From positions 12,896,001 through 12,960,000 of the forward strand of contig OZ176050.1 in assembly GCA_964247055.1 (NCBI GenBank): a stretch of 64,000 nt of DNA, in the 5' to 3' direction. The translations under genes were made by a program, and so were the position numbers. Shown one piece after another: positions 47,900 to 59,800 of this stretch. The stretch is from Paragordius varius. Lineage: Eukaryota; Animalia; Nematomorpha. The notes beneath the pieces were generated by a model. It was not told the origin of the DNA and searched no databases. It worked only from the letters and a program-made list of their open reading frames with translations. The stretch's first letter is position 1. Each line of letters begins with the position of its first letter.

Positions 47900-50850
47900 A
47901 AATATGTTTTTAAAAATTACATGGTGCTTTTGGATTTGGGCTTTTGAGTGATATAAAAAATTGATTACCACCTTTGTGGCAACTGCTCTTTTTCAGAAAA
48001 GGGCAAAATTTACGCCCATTTCGTAAATTTTTTTATGAAAACCAAAGGCTTCAATCTAAAATTAAACTAAAATATATCAAAAACTCTATATCAAAAGCAG
48101 AACAATATTTTATAAAATCATATATTAAGGGGCTCCAAAAGTATCAAAAGTTTGGACCCATAAGCATTTTTCTAAAATTAAAAGCAAAAATGCTGAAATT
48201 GCGCGATAAAATTTTTAAATATCTCGAAAAAAGCTTTTTGCGAAAAACTTGTATTTTGCTTAAATTTATGTTTTTAGCAGAAATTTGGTGAAGCGTTTAA
48301 CGCATTTTGAAACATAATGGAAACGGTAAAGGATTTAAAATTATAAAAACAATCTTTTCAATGCAAACATTTTATACCTCAGATTTTTGATTAAGACTCC
48401 ATTACCGTTTGGGGTAGTTTTATATCCCAAATTTGAAATTTGAATATCTCAAAATATTTAATGTAATAAGCCGAATATATAAATTTGCCTTCTTTAGCAT
48501 TTTAGGCGCATTATACAATTTTTCTAAAAAATGTTCATCTCAAACATTTTTGCCGCCATTTTTTTCTAAAACATTTTTAATCGCTAAGGCAACAGGCAAA
48601 TAAATGTATATTATGGTTAGAAAATGTAAATAATTAATTCTAGAAGCTTTTAGGCTACATTTTACCAGCAAAATCTTGAAATATTAATTTAATATCAGCT
48701 GTTTCAATCGTTGATTGCTGTCTCAATTTTGGACTCTAGAAGCCACAAAACTATAAAAATATAATTTATAATCTAATATATGAGAACTATGTTTGATAAT
48801 TAAATTTTAACTAAAATGACTTTCATATTGGTAGTTTTTTTAAATTGAGCGGGATTTAATTATCCAAAAAGTAGAGCTAGGACAAAAAAAGGTAATGAAG
48901 TTTTAGTTGTCGACAAATTTAGGATATATAGCGGTGTTTCTAACAAAAAACATTTTATTGAAGTTAAATACATTTTTGAACTCTGATTTTATATAAATGT
49001 TCAGCTTTAAATAACTATTTTAATAACTTATAAGGTTTTTTTACCGTTTCCGTCAAGAAAAATAGAAATTCGCTTCCCCAAAACTTTGCTATAATTAAAA
49101 TTTTTAGGCAAAATATACAATTTTGATATAAAATGGATGCCAAAATTAAGCACATATTTAAATTTGCACGTGCATTAAATCGGGAGTTATGTAAAATATC
49201 TTGATGAAATAAATATATTCTGATAGAAATATCAGGATTATTAGTGCTTTTGGTTTTGGCCCTTACGAGTGATTTTATAATTTTGTGCTAAGAATATCAC
49301 AAAATGGCAAAATTTGACCACATTTTTTGTAATAATTTTTTTGCTTCATTCCAAAAAATATCACAAACTACTCAAAGAAAACAATACTTTTATATTTTAA
49401 TTTGTAGATATGGGCTCCGAAAGTCCCAAATTTTTTGCTCTTATAAAACGGGTTATTGTAAATAAACGGAAGAATATTGAAATTTCGCAATATAACTTGT
49501 AAATATATGCTAAATTTTGACATAAAAAAATATTTTTTTAAAAAATGTATACTTTTAGAAAAATTTAATATTTAACAATATTTTGTTGTAGCGTATTTTC
49601 TACTATTTTTAGGCATGATGGAAACGGTATAAAAACTCTTTTAGATAAAAACACCTTTTCTAAATAATTTAATGATGTTAAACATTTCTATCGCTTCCAA
49701 ATTTTAAAAGGTTCGTTTACTCTCAAGTGTTTATCTAAAACTTATATTTGACATAATTTTGAATACGTATGGATGCAACACACTCATTTTAGTCCTTCGA
49801 TTTAAATTGGGGTGGTTGGATACCCCAGGCCTGTGCAAAATCAAATACTTTAATAAGTATGGAAGGAATCAAAACCATGCAAAATTTTGCACTTATATAA
49901 CATTAATAAACCGGAATATATAAAAAAAATTATTCAAAAATACTTGATATTATTTTAAGCTAAAACCAAATGGTAAAAATTTCGGCTAAGTGACATGTGT
50001 GAAATGGTAAAAAATAATATAAAATAAACAGCTTTTTCTATTTCTATCAATGATAGATGTAATTTAAATACAAAATTAGTGTTAACTTTACCCTTAAAAT
50101 TAAATGAAGACGATATTTTGAAAAATTTTTGAAAAATATAAAAGGCGTCGAAGTATTTCTTTCAAAACAAAATTTTATTTGGATATTTTGGCATAATTAT
50201 ATATTTTTTTAGAATAGAAGCATAAATTTAAATTGGGACCGTTTCCTTCAGTAGTTTTTCAAAAATATTTTAAATTTAGTCTTGGGTATTTATAACCCAA
50301 TTTGATTCAAAATGTTAAAATTATGAGGTAAATATGTTCAGCATCAACAATTATATAGAAAAAGTTTTTTTAAAATATCAGAAGGGTTTGTATATGATAC
50401 TCATCATGTCTAAAAAGGATGAAGCAGGCTTAAAATTTTTTTATTAAAAATTAAATTTTTGTGAAAACTATGATTTTTTAAATTATTTTTTTGAGTCAAA
50501 ATTTAGCATACATTTAAAAGTTTTATCGCGCAATCCCCGTAGCTTGTTTTAGTAGAGCAAGAAAATGCGACTTTTTTAGCCCACATCCAGAAATAATAAT
50601 TATAAAAATATTGATCTGCTTAGTTTATGATATATTTTAGTGATGATTTTTGGAATGCAGCATTTACTTTCAGTAAAAAAAATATTACAAAAAATGTGCT
50701 TAAATTTTGCCATTTTCTGATATAAACCACTTAGCACAAAAGTGTTTTTTTATATCACTTGTGAGTCCCCAAAACCAAAAGCACCATGAGATTCATCATA
50801 CATTTTTTTATCAAAAAATTTAAATCAACATGTTTTTTGAGTACACTGGG
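47900..50850. mobile_element. Long foldback / non-autonomous DNA element cluster (family E)
   Basis: 47915-48220 and 50500-50795 are diverged ~300-bp inverted repeats (ATGGTGCTTTTGG.., TTGCGCGATAAAA..). A third arm copy lies at ~49220-49700 and a partial one at ~51170-51300. Boundaries are approximate. Confidence 0.7.
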
Positions 50851-51605
50851 TATTTATCGGTCATAGTGACATTTTTGCTTTCAATTAAAAAATTCCCCCC
50901 TTTCGGGTAATGATTTAAACTTTTGTTAAATGTAAAATTTAAATTTTTATAAAAATACTATTTTGTTTTAAAAATAAATTTTTGGAATTAAGCATTTTTA
51001 TCAAAAAATTATTTATTATAATTTGCACAAATTATGCCGTTTTTATGGAATAGTTACCACAAAAGTCGTAATAATTTAAAAATCAATGCACTATACCTGA
51101 TTATTTATCTATCAGAATACTTATATTTGGAATATTACTCTACACAACCCGATCTCGTGCATAGTGTAATAACAGTGGACACAAAAAAATATCCTGATGA
51201 AATATGTACTTTTTGACATAAAAATCCACCAGTATTCTAATGAGGCTTTTATGGTTTTGCTTACGAAAAATTTTGGAAAAATATTACACTTTTATGGTAA
51301 TTTTTTCGCATCAATAACATTTGCTCAATCTATATTAAACATTTTTCAAAAATCCAACTAAAAGGCCATAAACATGTTTCTGAAATTAGCCCAATATTGA
51401 AAATATTTTGTATTACGTTTTAGAACATTCGGGAACACTATTCATGTTTGATGGAGAATTTATGCGGTCCTGATATGCAGTTTAAGTAACTCTTAGAAAA
51501 ATTATTAACAATGCAGCATGGTTTTTCTTCGTAACTACTCTTTTTTATTGTCAATTTTTTTACAAACGCATTTATCTTTATTAACAAGATTTTATAGTAT
51601 CGCTT

Positions 51606-53749
51606 GTTGGTTGGTTGGTTTTTCCTAAGTCGTAAACGACTTTTTGGATATAGTTTTAACTATTTCTTTCCATTTTTTTCTATCTTTAACCGCTATATTG
51701 AGCTCTTTCAGTGTCATTTTGGTCTCTTCTTTTATCATATCCAACCACCTCATCGGTGGTCAGCCTCGTTTCCTTTGCCCTTCTACCTTCCCAAACATTG
51801 TATTTTTCTCCAGAGAATTCGATCGCATGACATGACCAAAATATGTTAACTTTCTTTTTAGAATTATCTCCATGATGTTTGTTTTAGGTTTTATTTCTGT
51901 AGTTAGATTTTCATTCTTACTTTTATCCTTCCAGGTGTATCCTAGCATCCTACGCCAGCAACTCCTTTCAAAAGCCATGAGCCTTTCTTTGTCCTTTTTT
52001 CTGAGAGTCCAACTCTCACATCCATATGTGGTGACCGGGAGAACGAAACAGTAGAGTAATCTTTTTTTGGTTTCAACTCCTACGCTTTTGTTTTTCCAAA
52101 TCTTTATTAATTTGGTCATCGCCTCTCTACCCAATCCTATTCTCTTTCTGATGTCAGGAGTTGAAGACCCATCCTCTGAAATTATTGCGCCCAAAAACGT
52201 TAACTGCTTAACTATTTCTATTTCTACTCCTTCTATTATAATTGTAGGCTTTTTTCCTGTACATAATATTTTGGTTTTGTTAGGATTAAGCCTAAGACCA
52301 TACCTCAAACTTTCCTTTCGAATCTCTTCAAACAATTCTTTCAAATCATTTGCACTTTCAGCTATAAGAGTGGTATCGTCTGCAAACCTTAAATTATTGA
52401 TTGTTCTCCCTCCTATTCTTACTCCAATATTTTTACCATCCAACTTCCTCATTATCATTTCTGTGCACATATTGAACAGATAAGGGGATAAGCAACACCC
52501 TTGTCTGACTCCTTTCAAGATTGGTATTTCGTCTGTGTCCCCCGCTGGTGTTCTAATAATCGCTCTTTGTTTTACATACAGAGAGCTAATCAATCTTATT
52601 AAGTGAGACGATACCCCTACTAACTTTAATGTTTCCCACAAGGAGTCATAGTTAATTGAATCGAATGCTTGTCTGTAATCAATAAAACACATGTATAATT
52701 CTTTCTGGAACTCTTTTGATGTTTCCATTATCCTTCTCATGTTTGAGATATGGTCTCTTGTGCTTTTTCCCTTCATAAATCCGGCTTGATTTTCTGGTAT
52801 TTCTGTCTGTATGATACTGTGCATTCTGTTTTGTATTACTTTTAGTAAGACCTTACTAGCGTGGCTAATAAGAGATATGTTGCGATAATTCTCGCATTGG
52901 AGTACATCTCCTTTTTTATATATTGGGAGATATACAGATGATGCCCAATCGTTTGGCCACTCACATGTTTCCCACACCTTTTGACATAACTGGTGTAACT
53001 TTTCAACGGGAATAGCTTTTATGAACTCTATTGGGATATTGTCTAATCCTATCGCTTTGTTGTTAGGAATTTCTTTTAAGGCTAATTTAACCTCCTCTCT
53101 TAATATATCTGGATCACGTTCTTCTTCTTTTAATTGCAACACCTTTGCTTGAGGAGCCTGATAGAGTTTTTGGGTGTATTCCTTCCATCTTTCTCGTACT
53201 TCTGTTTGTTTGGACAATACGGTGCCATTCTCTTTTTTAATCTTTTGTGATGATATAAAAGGTTTATGAGTCATTTGCTTCAGTTTCTGGAACATTGGTT
53301 GCATTAATCCTTTTTTGTTATTTAATTCCACTTCCAGACATTGTTTATTAAGAAAATCTTCATAATCCTTCCTTGTTTGTCGTTGAAATTCTTTGTTATA
53401 TAATTTTACCATTTTATTATCACCTTTTGATTTAGCTTTTCTCCTCTTTTCTGCTATCTCTATACTCTTTTCTGATATCCATTTGTTATCTTTCCTCTCA
53501 TAATATGTCCTCAAAAATGGAAAAGCTCTATAATCGATACCAAAATAAGCAAAAGCAGCGATTGCTCTAGCGATCATGAGCTTCTAATAACCAAAATCAA
53601 ACTTAAAATAATTAAAAATAAGGTTAAACAGATATACAGATATGACACTCGGAACATTCCAAATAGTTTTAGAACAGAAACCAAAGATAGATTAGGAAGT
53701 TTGGACAATGGATGTAGCTCAGAACAATTATGGGGAACGATAAAAAAAA
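51606..53749 (-). mobile_element. RTE-clade non-LTR retrotransposon, 5'-truncated with inverted 5' segment, 10-bp TSD
   Basis: RT ORF 51760-~53500 (NYRNISL, QAGF, FIDYRQAFDS, GVRQGCCLSPYLF, LRFADD, FLG, YGCESW). A TGA interrupts the GRPPMRWLD tail. (CCAA)n 3' tail near 51607-51620. TSD AGTATCGCTT at 51596-51605 and 53750-53759. Inverted endonuclease fragment at ~53500-53749. Confidence 0.95.
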
Positions 53750-53861
53750 AGTATCGCTTATCAATATTTATAATCTTAATATACTGTCCGAAAAAAATAC
53801 TTTTATTTTTTAAAATATGTTGAATTTACATTCATTGCCAGGTTAAGTCAACATATGTGAT

Positions 53862-56800
53862 ATGGGCTCAGAGTACAAAGAGTACGTTTATGCCTAATTT
53901 TTTTAGTTCCGATGATGAAGAAATTATGACAAAATGTGTTCGCAATGAAGGAGAAGAATTTTCCGATAAAGATCGATTTGCAAGGTATATTTTTCTGCAA
54001 AATCTTTTTCCCATTATTTTTTTATATTTTTAATAATTGGATCTTGCAGAGAAAATCATAGTGAAATCGAAAGACGTCGGCGAAACAAAATGACAGCTTA
54101 CATTGCCGAATTATCTGACATGGTTCCAGCTTGTAATACTTTAGCCCGCAAACCTGATAAACTTACCATATTACGAATGGCCGTTGCCCATATGAAAACT
54201 TTAAGAGGTATAAATATTAATTTCTAAGAATTTTAGTTTAATTTTGCACTAAATTTATTTTTTATTACATATATTTTATCTAATCTCTCCGTTTTAGGAT
54301 CCGCAAATAACAATGATTCATCGTATAAACCATCATTCCTAACCGATCAAGAATTGAAACATTTACTTCTTGAGGTTTACAATCGTTTTTTTCTAATGTC
54401 TCAATCATATAAACCATATCCCCTAAATTATGTTTTTATAGGCAGCCGATGGGTTTCTATTCGTCGTGCATTGTGATACTGGAACCATTATATATGCTTC
54501 CGATACAATCGTCTCTGTTTTAGGTCATAAACAGGTATAATATGTAATAAATTATTTATGATTGATTTTTTGTTGGACGAAAAACGTCTTATTTTTGTGT
54601 ATAATAAGTTTGAAAGATTAATTAATCTTTTATAATATTAGTAACTTAAACCATGTTTGTAGTATTAATGGATTAAATTTTTAAAAATGGTGTTTATAAT
54701 ATTTATAAGTGAAAACAGAACATAGCTCTCTTAAATGACTCTGGTTTTTTTGAGAGGACATGGGGATAAACTATAATTTTCATTTCACATAATTTATACT
54801 GCTGAATACTAATTGTTATCGATTTTTAATTAAAAATTTATGTTCCGTTGCTATTATAATTATATAATTACGAAATACATAGTTAATAATGTATTTTTCC
54901 AATTTAAAGTATTTTCAATAGTCATAGAAATGTTATGGTTGTGTTATTTGCATACTTTTTAAGTATAAATATTTCATAATTTATCACTATAGTTGTGTGG
55001 AGATTTTTATATTTTTAAAAATAATCATAAAATTGTAGATGTTAGTAAAACGCACATCAAAAATACACTAAAAAACACTTTAATAAGATATATAATTAGT
55101 TTTTAAACGTTTAGGAATCAATTTTTCCTGTTTAATTGTTTTTTATGGTTTCAAAATATGGTAATGGTTTTATTACATAAAATATTTTCGCTTCCTGATT
55201 TTGATTAAAAAAGCATCACATTTTTGCACAAATGCTCTTGTTTTATAATAATTTTATTAACATTTTTTTGCTAAAAATTATTTTATATCGTTTCGTTTGT
55301 CTTAGGAGGATTGGTGTGGGTCATCAATTTTTGCTTATTTGCATCCAGATGATGTGGGAAAGGTGCGAGAACAGCTGTTTTCCAATTCCACTTCAAATTC
55401 AGCCGCTAACTTTCAACATAATAGTATATATAAATATACAGTTAAAACTGAAATCATACGGACAAAACGTAAAAATATAAAGACAAATATATTTTACCTA
55501 AAATATAACTATACTTTTAAAATCTTGATTTGTTTCAATATAACTCATTGTTTTGGATGGCAAAGTGTGAAATAGAGATATAAATTACTAAAACAATCAA
55601 TTCTATATTTACAATTGTAATAAAAGCATATGTAGGAAAAATTAAGGTTCATAAAAGTATGGTTATCCTTTTGATAAATATTTGTCTTTATATTATTAGG
55701 TTTTGTCCGTATAATTTAATTTTTACTGTAATTTTATGTCCTTTTTTAAAAAATATTTTTAAATTAATTGAAATTTATCTTAAACAGCCCTCTTTATACA
55801 ATATCTAGATTTTCTGCTAATAATCTCCGTAAGTTTTAACCAATTTTGTTTTCATATTTAAATATATGATGTAATATATCATTTACAGTTCAAATTCACC
55901 TTGAACAATTCAAATTCACCCTCGAACATACCCTAAAATAAATATGTGTTTTTTAAGATTAAATGGTACCTTTATTTTATAATATTTTTAAAATATGAAA
56001 TTCTCTTTAAAATTAATATAATACTGAAAAAATAATAAACTATGTATGCCATAAGAATATATTTCATATTGTTGATGAATTATGAAAACACATAATTTAT
56101 TTATAGGGTAAATTTGAATTGTTTAAGGGTGAATTTGAATTGTTCGAGGGTAAACTTGAATTGTAAATGTTATATTAAATTTAATTTCTAGACGCTAACA
56201 CAACAAACCAACAATCCAATTCCACTCCAGCTAACTCTGAACAAAGTGGCACAACCTATTATCAGTCTATAAATAATCAAAACTCTTACAACAATTGTGA
56301 TAATTTAACGCTCAATAATAGCACATCAGTCACATCAAACAGTTGTGTAAATCAAAATTCGAATGCCAATAACTCAAATAATGTTAATAATAATAATAAT
56401 TTCGCTTGTTCCAATAATCGAGTTTTGGATCTTAAAACAGGAACTATCAAGAAAGAAGGCCATTCTCATCAAAACTCAAGTTCAGCCCGGTTTTGTATGG
56501 GTACTCGACGTGGTTTTATTTGTCGCATAAAGTGTGGCATACATGAAGTAGGAATTTTCGTTTTTTTGAAGAATATTTTCGTGTTTTGAAAATTTTTTTT
56601 TATTGGGAATTGGAAAAATTTAATTGGTATTTTGAGTAGAATGTGCCCGAAATAAATAAGCGTATTTTGCATTTATACAGTAAAAATTAATATTTAACAC
56701 AAAAGAAAACGAAATTTTTATAAATACAATTGAATTTTTTAATAAACATCTAAGTAAAAGCTATCGTTTTGTGGAGTTAGAAATAATTAACACACTTAAC

Positions 56801-59800
56801 TTAATATTTCACAATTATAATCATAGAGGTTATATGAAGGATCAAAAAATATTGTTTTATTAAAAATAATGGTTAATCGAAAAGAATTTTTTAATTCGTT
56901 TTAATTTTTTCTTTATCGTGAAAAGGGTTACACAAGTATAACCGTAAATTAGATATTTATAAAATATATATTAACTATTTATTTTTAAAAATCATTTATA
57001 CGCGTTTTTTGTCATTTACTTTAACTAAAAATAATGGTGTTTTGACTATATAATTTTAATATTCACTTCTTCTTTTACGCAAATCATACTATATTACAAT
57101 TTACATTTTAATGATTGTTTATTTCACACTATAGTTGGGCCATTTGCAAACAGTAGTGTATGGAAAAAAATTGACAACATTTTGTTGTTTTTTCCATACA
57201 CTACTGTGTTGTTGTGAATTACCCAACTCTAATGTGAAATAAGCAATCATTAAAATGCATACTGGAATATAGTATTGTAAATCTTTGTCTATTTTTAAAT
57301 TTTGCCTTACTTTCGAAATTTAAAGAAAAACTTGCGTTTTAAATACCGAAAATTACATGAGATTTATCACAAAACTTTCACAATTGATGCTATAAACAAT
57401 ACTGTAATATATTGCCAGAATCAATTTTATTAACGTTTAAATATATGTATTTTAGCCTGCCCCCGAGAATACATTAGTTAATCATGAGTTAACACATCGC
57501 ATTGCCCGTGGTATGTTAGGTCCTAGTCCGGATGGGGAACAATATGCCGTTCTCCATTGCACGGGTTACATTAAACATTGGCCCATGTCTTCGGGTAATT
57601 TTACAATCCTTTTTTTTATTTTGTTTAACACATTTTAGTGAAATAATAACGCAGTTTGAACTCAAAATTTTTTCTAGTATTTGAGTAATGGATATGTTTG
57701 AGAAATAAATATGCCGTATAATAGATTATATGATTTATATGTAGTTTTAGGATTGGCTTCTATGTTATGATTAAAAAAACTATTATTTTTATATGTTATA
57801 AATTTAATCGTGTTAAAACACTTGTCCACATTTTTTTGGTTTATAAATTGTTTACATTAGTGTAATAGAAAATAAAAAATTATTAATAGTTATTATGATT
57901 ATTATCATATATATATATATATATATATTAATTTATCTAATTTTCTGGGTGAATTTTTCTATTAAATACCCTTTCAACCACAACAGAATTCGTCAATTTG
58001 CATCAACCGCCGAATCAACATTTGTTACATGGAGCTAATAATAATACTTCAATCAGTCAATCTCATTACTGTTTAGTGGCGATTGGGAGATTGCAGGTAG
58101 CTAGTGCCCCAAATATATCCGATCTGGTTGTCATTGGTCCCTGTAATGAAAATGGGGGGGAACCTCAAAGAATCGTAGAATTTATGACTAGGCATGATAC
58201 TACAACTTACTTACCCCCTAACAATAATAACAGTAGTAATGTATCACATAATAGCAGCCCAAAGAATGGTATGAATGAAGGTATTTAGATGGCATATTAT
58301 TTAAAGGGAAATAAGTTGTAATACATATGAAAATGTATCAGAAAAAAATTATGAGCAAAGAATATAATTATGTAAAAGTATAAGGAAGGTGAACATGTTT
58401 CTTACTTTTAAAATGAATTTTATTATATGACATTTAAGTTGTCGTAAAATATCGTCAGATTAATAAAAACGGTTTATTTTTCAAATTTCCAATAGGGGAT
58501 ATATATTTCGATTTTTACAACTTTGTATTAAATGATAATTATTAGGGTTTTAACACATGTAAATGGGAATTTGTATGCTAAGTAAAATATTATTCATATT
58601 TTTAAAGGGATTCTTAATGGCCATGAAAATTCCTCTCAAACAACTTGTCCATACAATTTTACATTTGTAGATCAACGGTAAATATATCAACAATTATAAG
58701 TTATATTTTTAAATTTTATTTTTTTAATTGCGAAGAATTGATTAAATAATCCTAACAGCATATATAAATCCTTTTATTATTATAACCAATTAATATTTAA
58801 TGATGATATTGTTAATTGATAATTTATAAAATATCGTATTGGAAATTGATCAAAAGTGATTTTACAGTACTAAAACTACCACTATTAGATGTAAATATGT
58901 TAGTAAAATAGCATTGAATTATCCTTTTCTTTTTTTACCGGCTAAATAATTTTTTAATAACAAAAACGTAAATTAATTAATAATTAGCACTAAAATATGA
59001 GTTATACAATCGATTCAAAATTATATATAATTATTCGTTTTATTTCCATAGGGTTACAGAAGTTTTGGGCTACGCCACTACTGAATTGTTAAATAAAAGT
59101 GTTTTTGAATTTGTCCATCCCGACGATTGTCAACGCTTAAGACAGTTTTATGATCAAGGTTAATATATTTCACACTGAAAATTTAAATTTTGAATCATTT
59201 ATCTATATATATATTGTTAACTGAAGCTACAATAATTAAATTTTAATTAAGATCTAATGGTTAAGTTTAAAACTATTTTACCCCATTTTTTTCTAACCGT
59301 TTAAAATTTAGTTTTTCTATAACGAGTCGATCAAAAATACTAATATATTTATCATTTACTTAATAATTTTGCAAAAATAAGGCTGTATAATGTGTAAAAA
59401 AATAAGACAAATATAGATTCCTCATAATCTGTAGCCAATATAATTATGGTTTTTCAACATAGAGTTTAAGAATTTTAAAATTCGGTTATATCTAATTAAC
59501 AATCTTAATTAAGTGGTTATATATTACGGACAATCTAAATTATTTATCATAAATAATAAAATAATAGTACTCAAATATTTTACGCCCCTATATTTTTGCC
59601 ATATATTTCATGTTAGTTATCAATGCAAAAGGACAAACGCTTTGCATATACGTCCGTATAAAGCATAAAGATGGAAATTACCTTATGATAAAATCGGCCA
59701 TTTATGCTTTCCTTAACCCTTACTCTGAAGTTTTAGAGTTTTTAATTGCGACACATAACATTGCAAAGTATGAATTTATATTTGTCATATCACCTTAAAT

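Noticed and set aside
47974-48291. 105-aa basic plus-strand ORF
   Set aside because: It lies in a foldback arm, has AT-biased low-information sequence and carries no motif.
51604-52483. Several plus-strand ORFs of 60-138 aa
   Set aside because: They are antisense shadows of the LINE RT.
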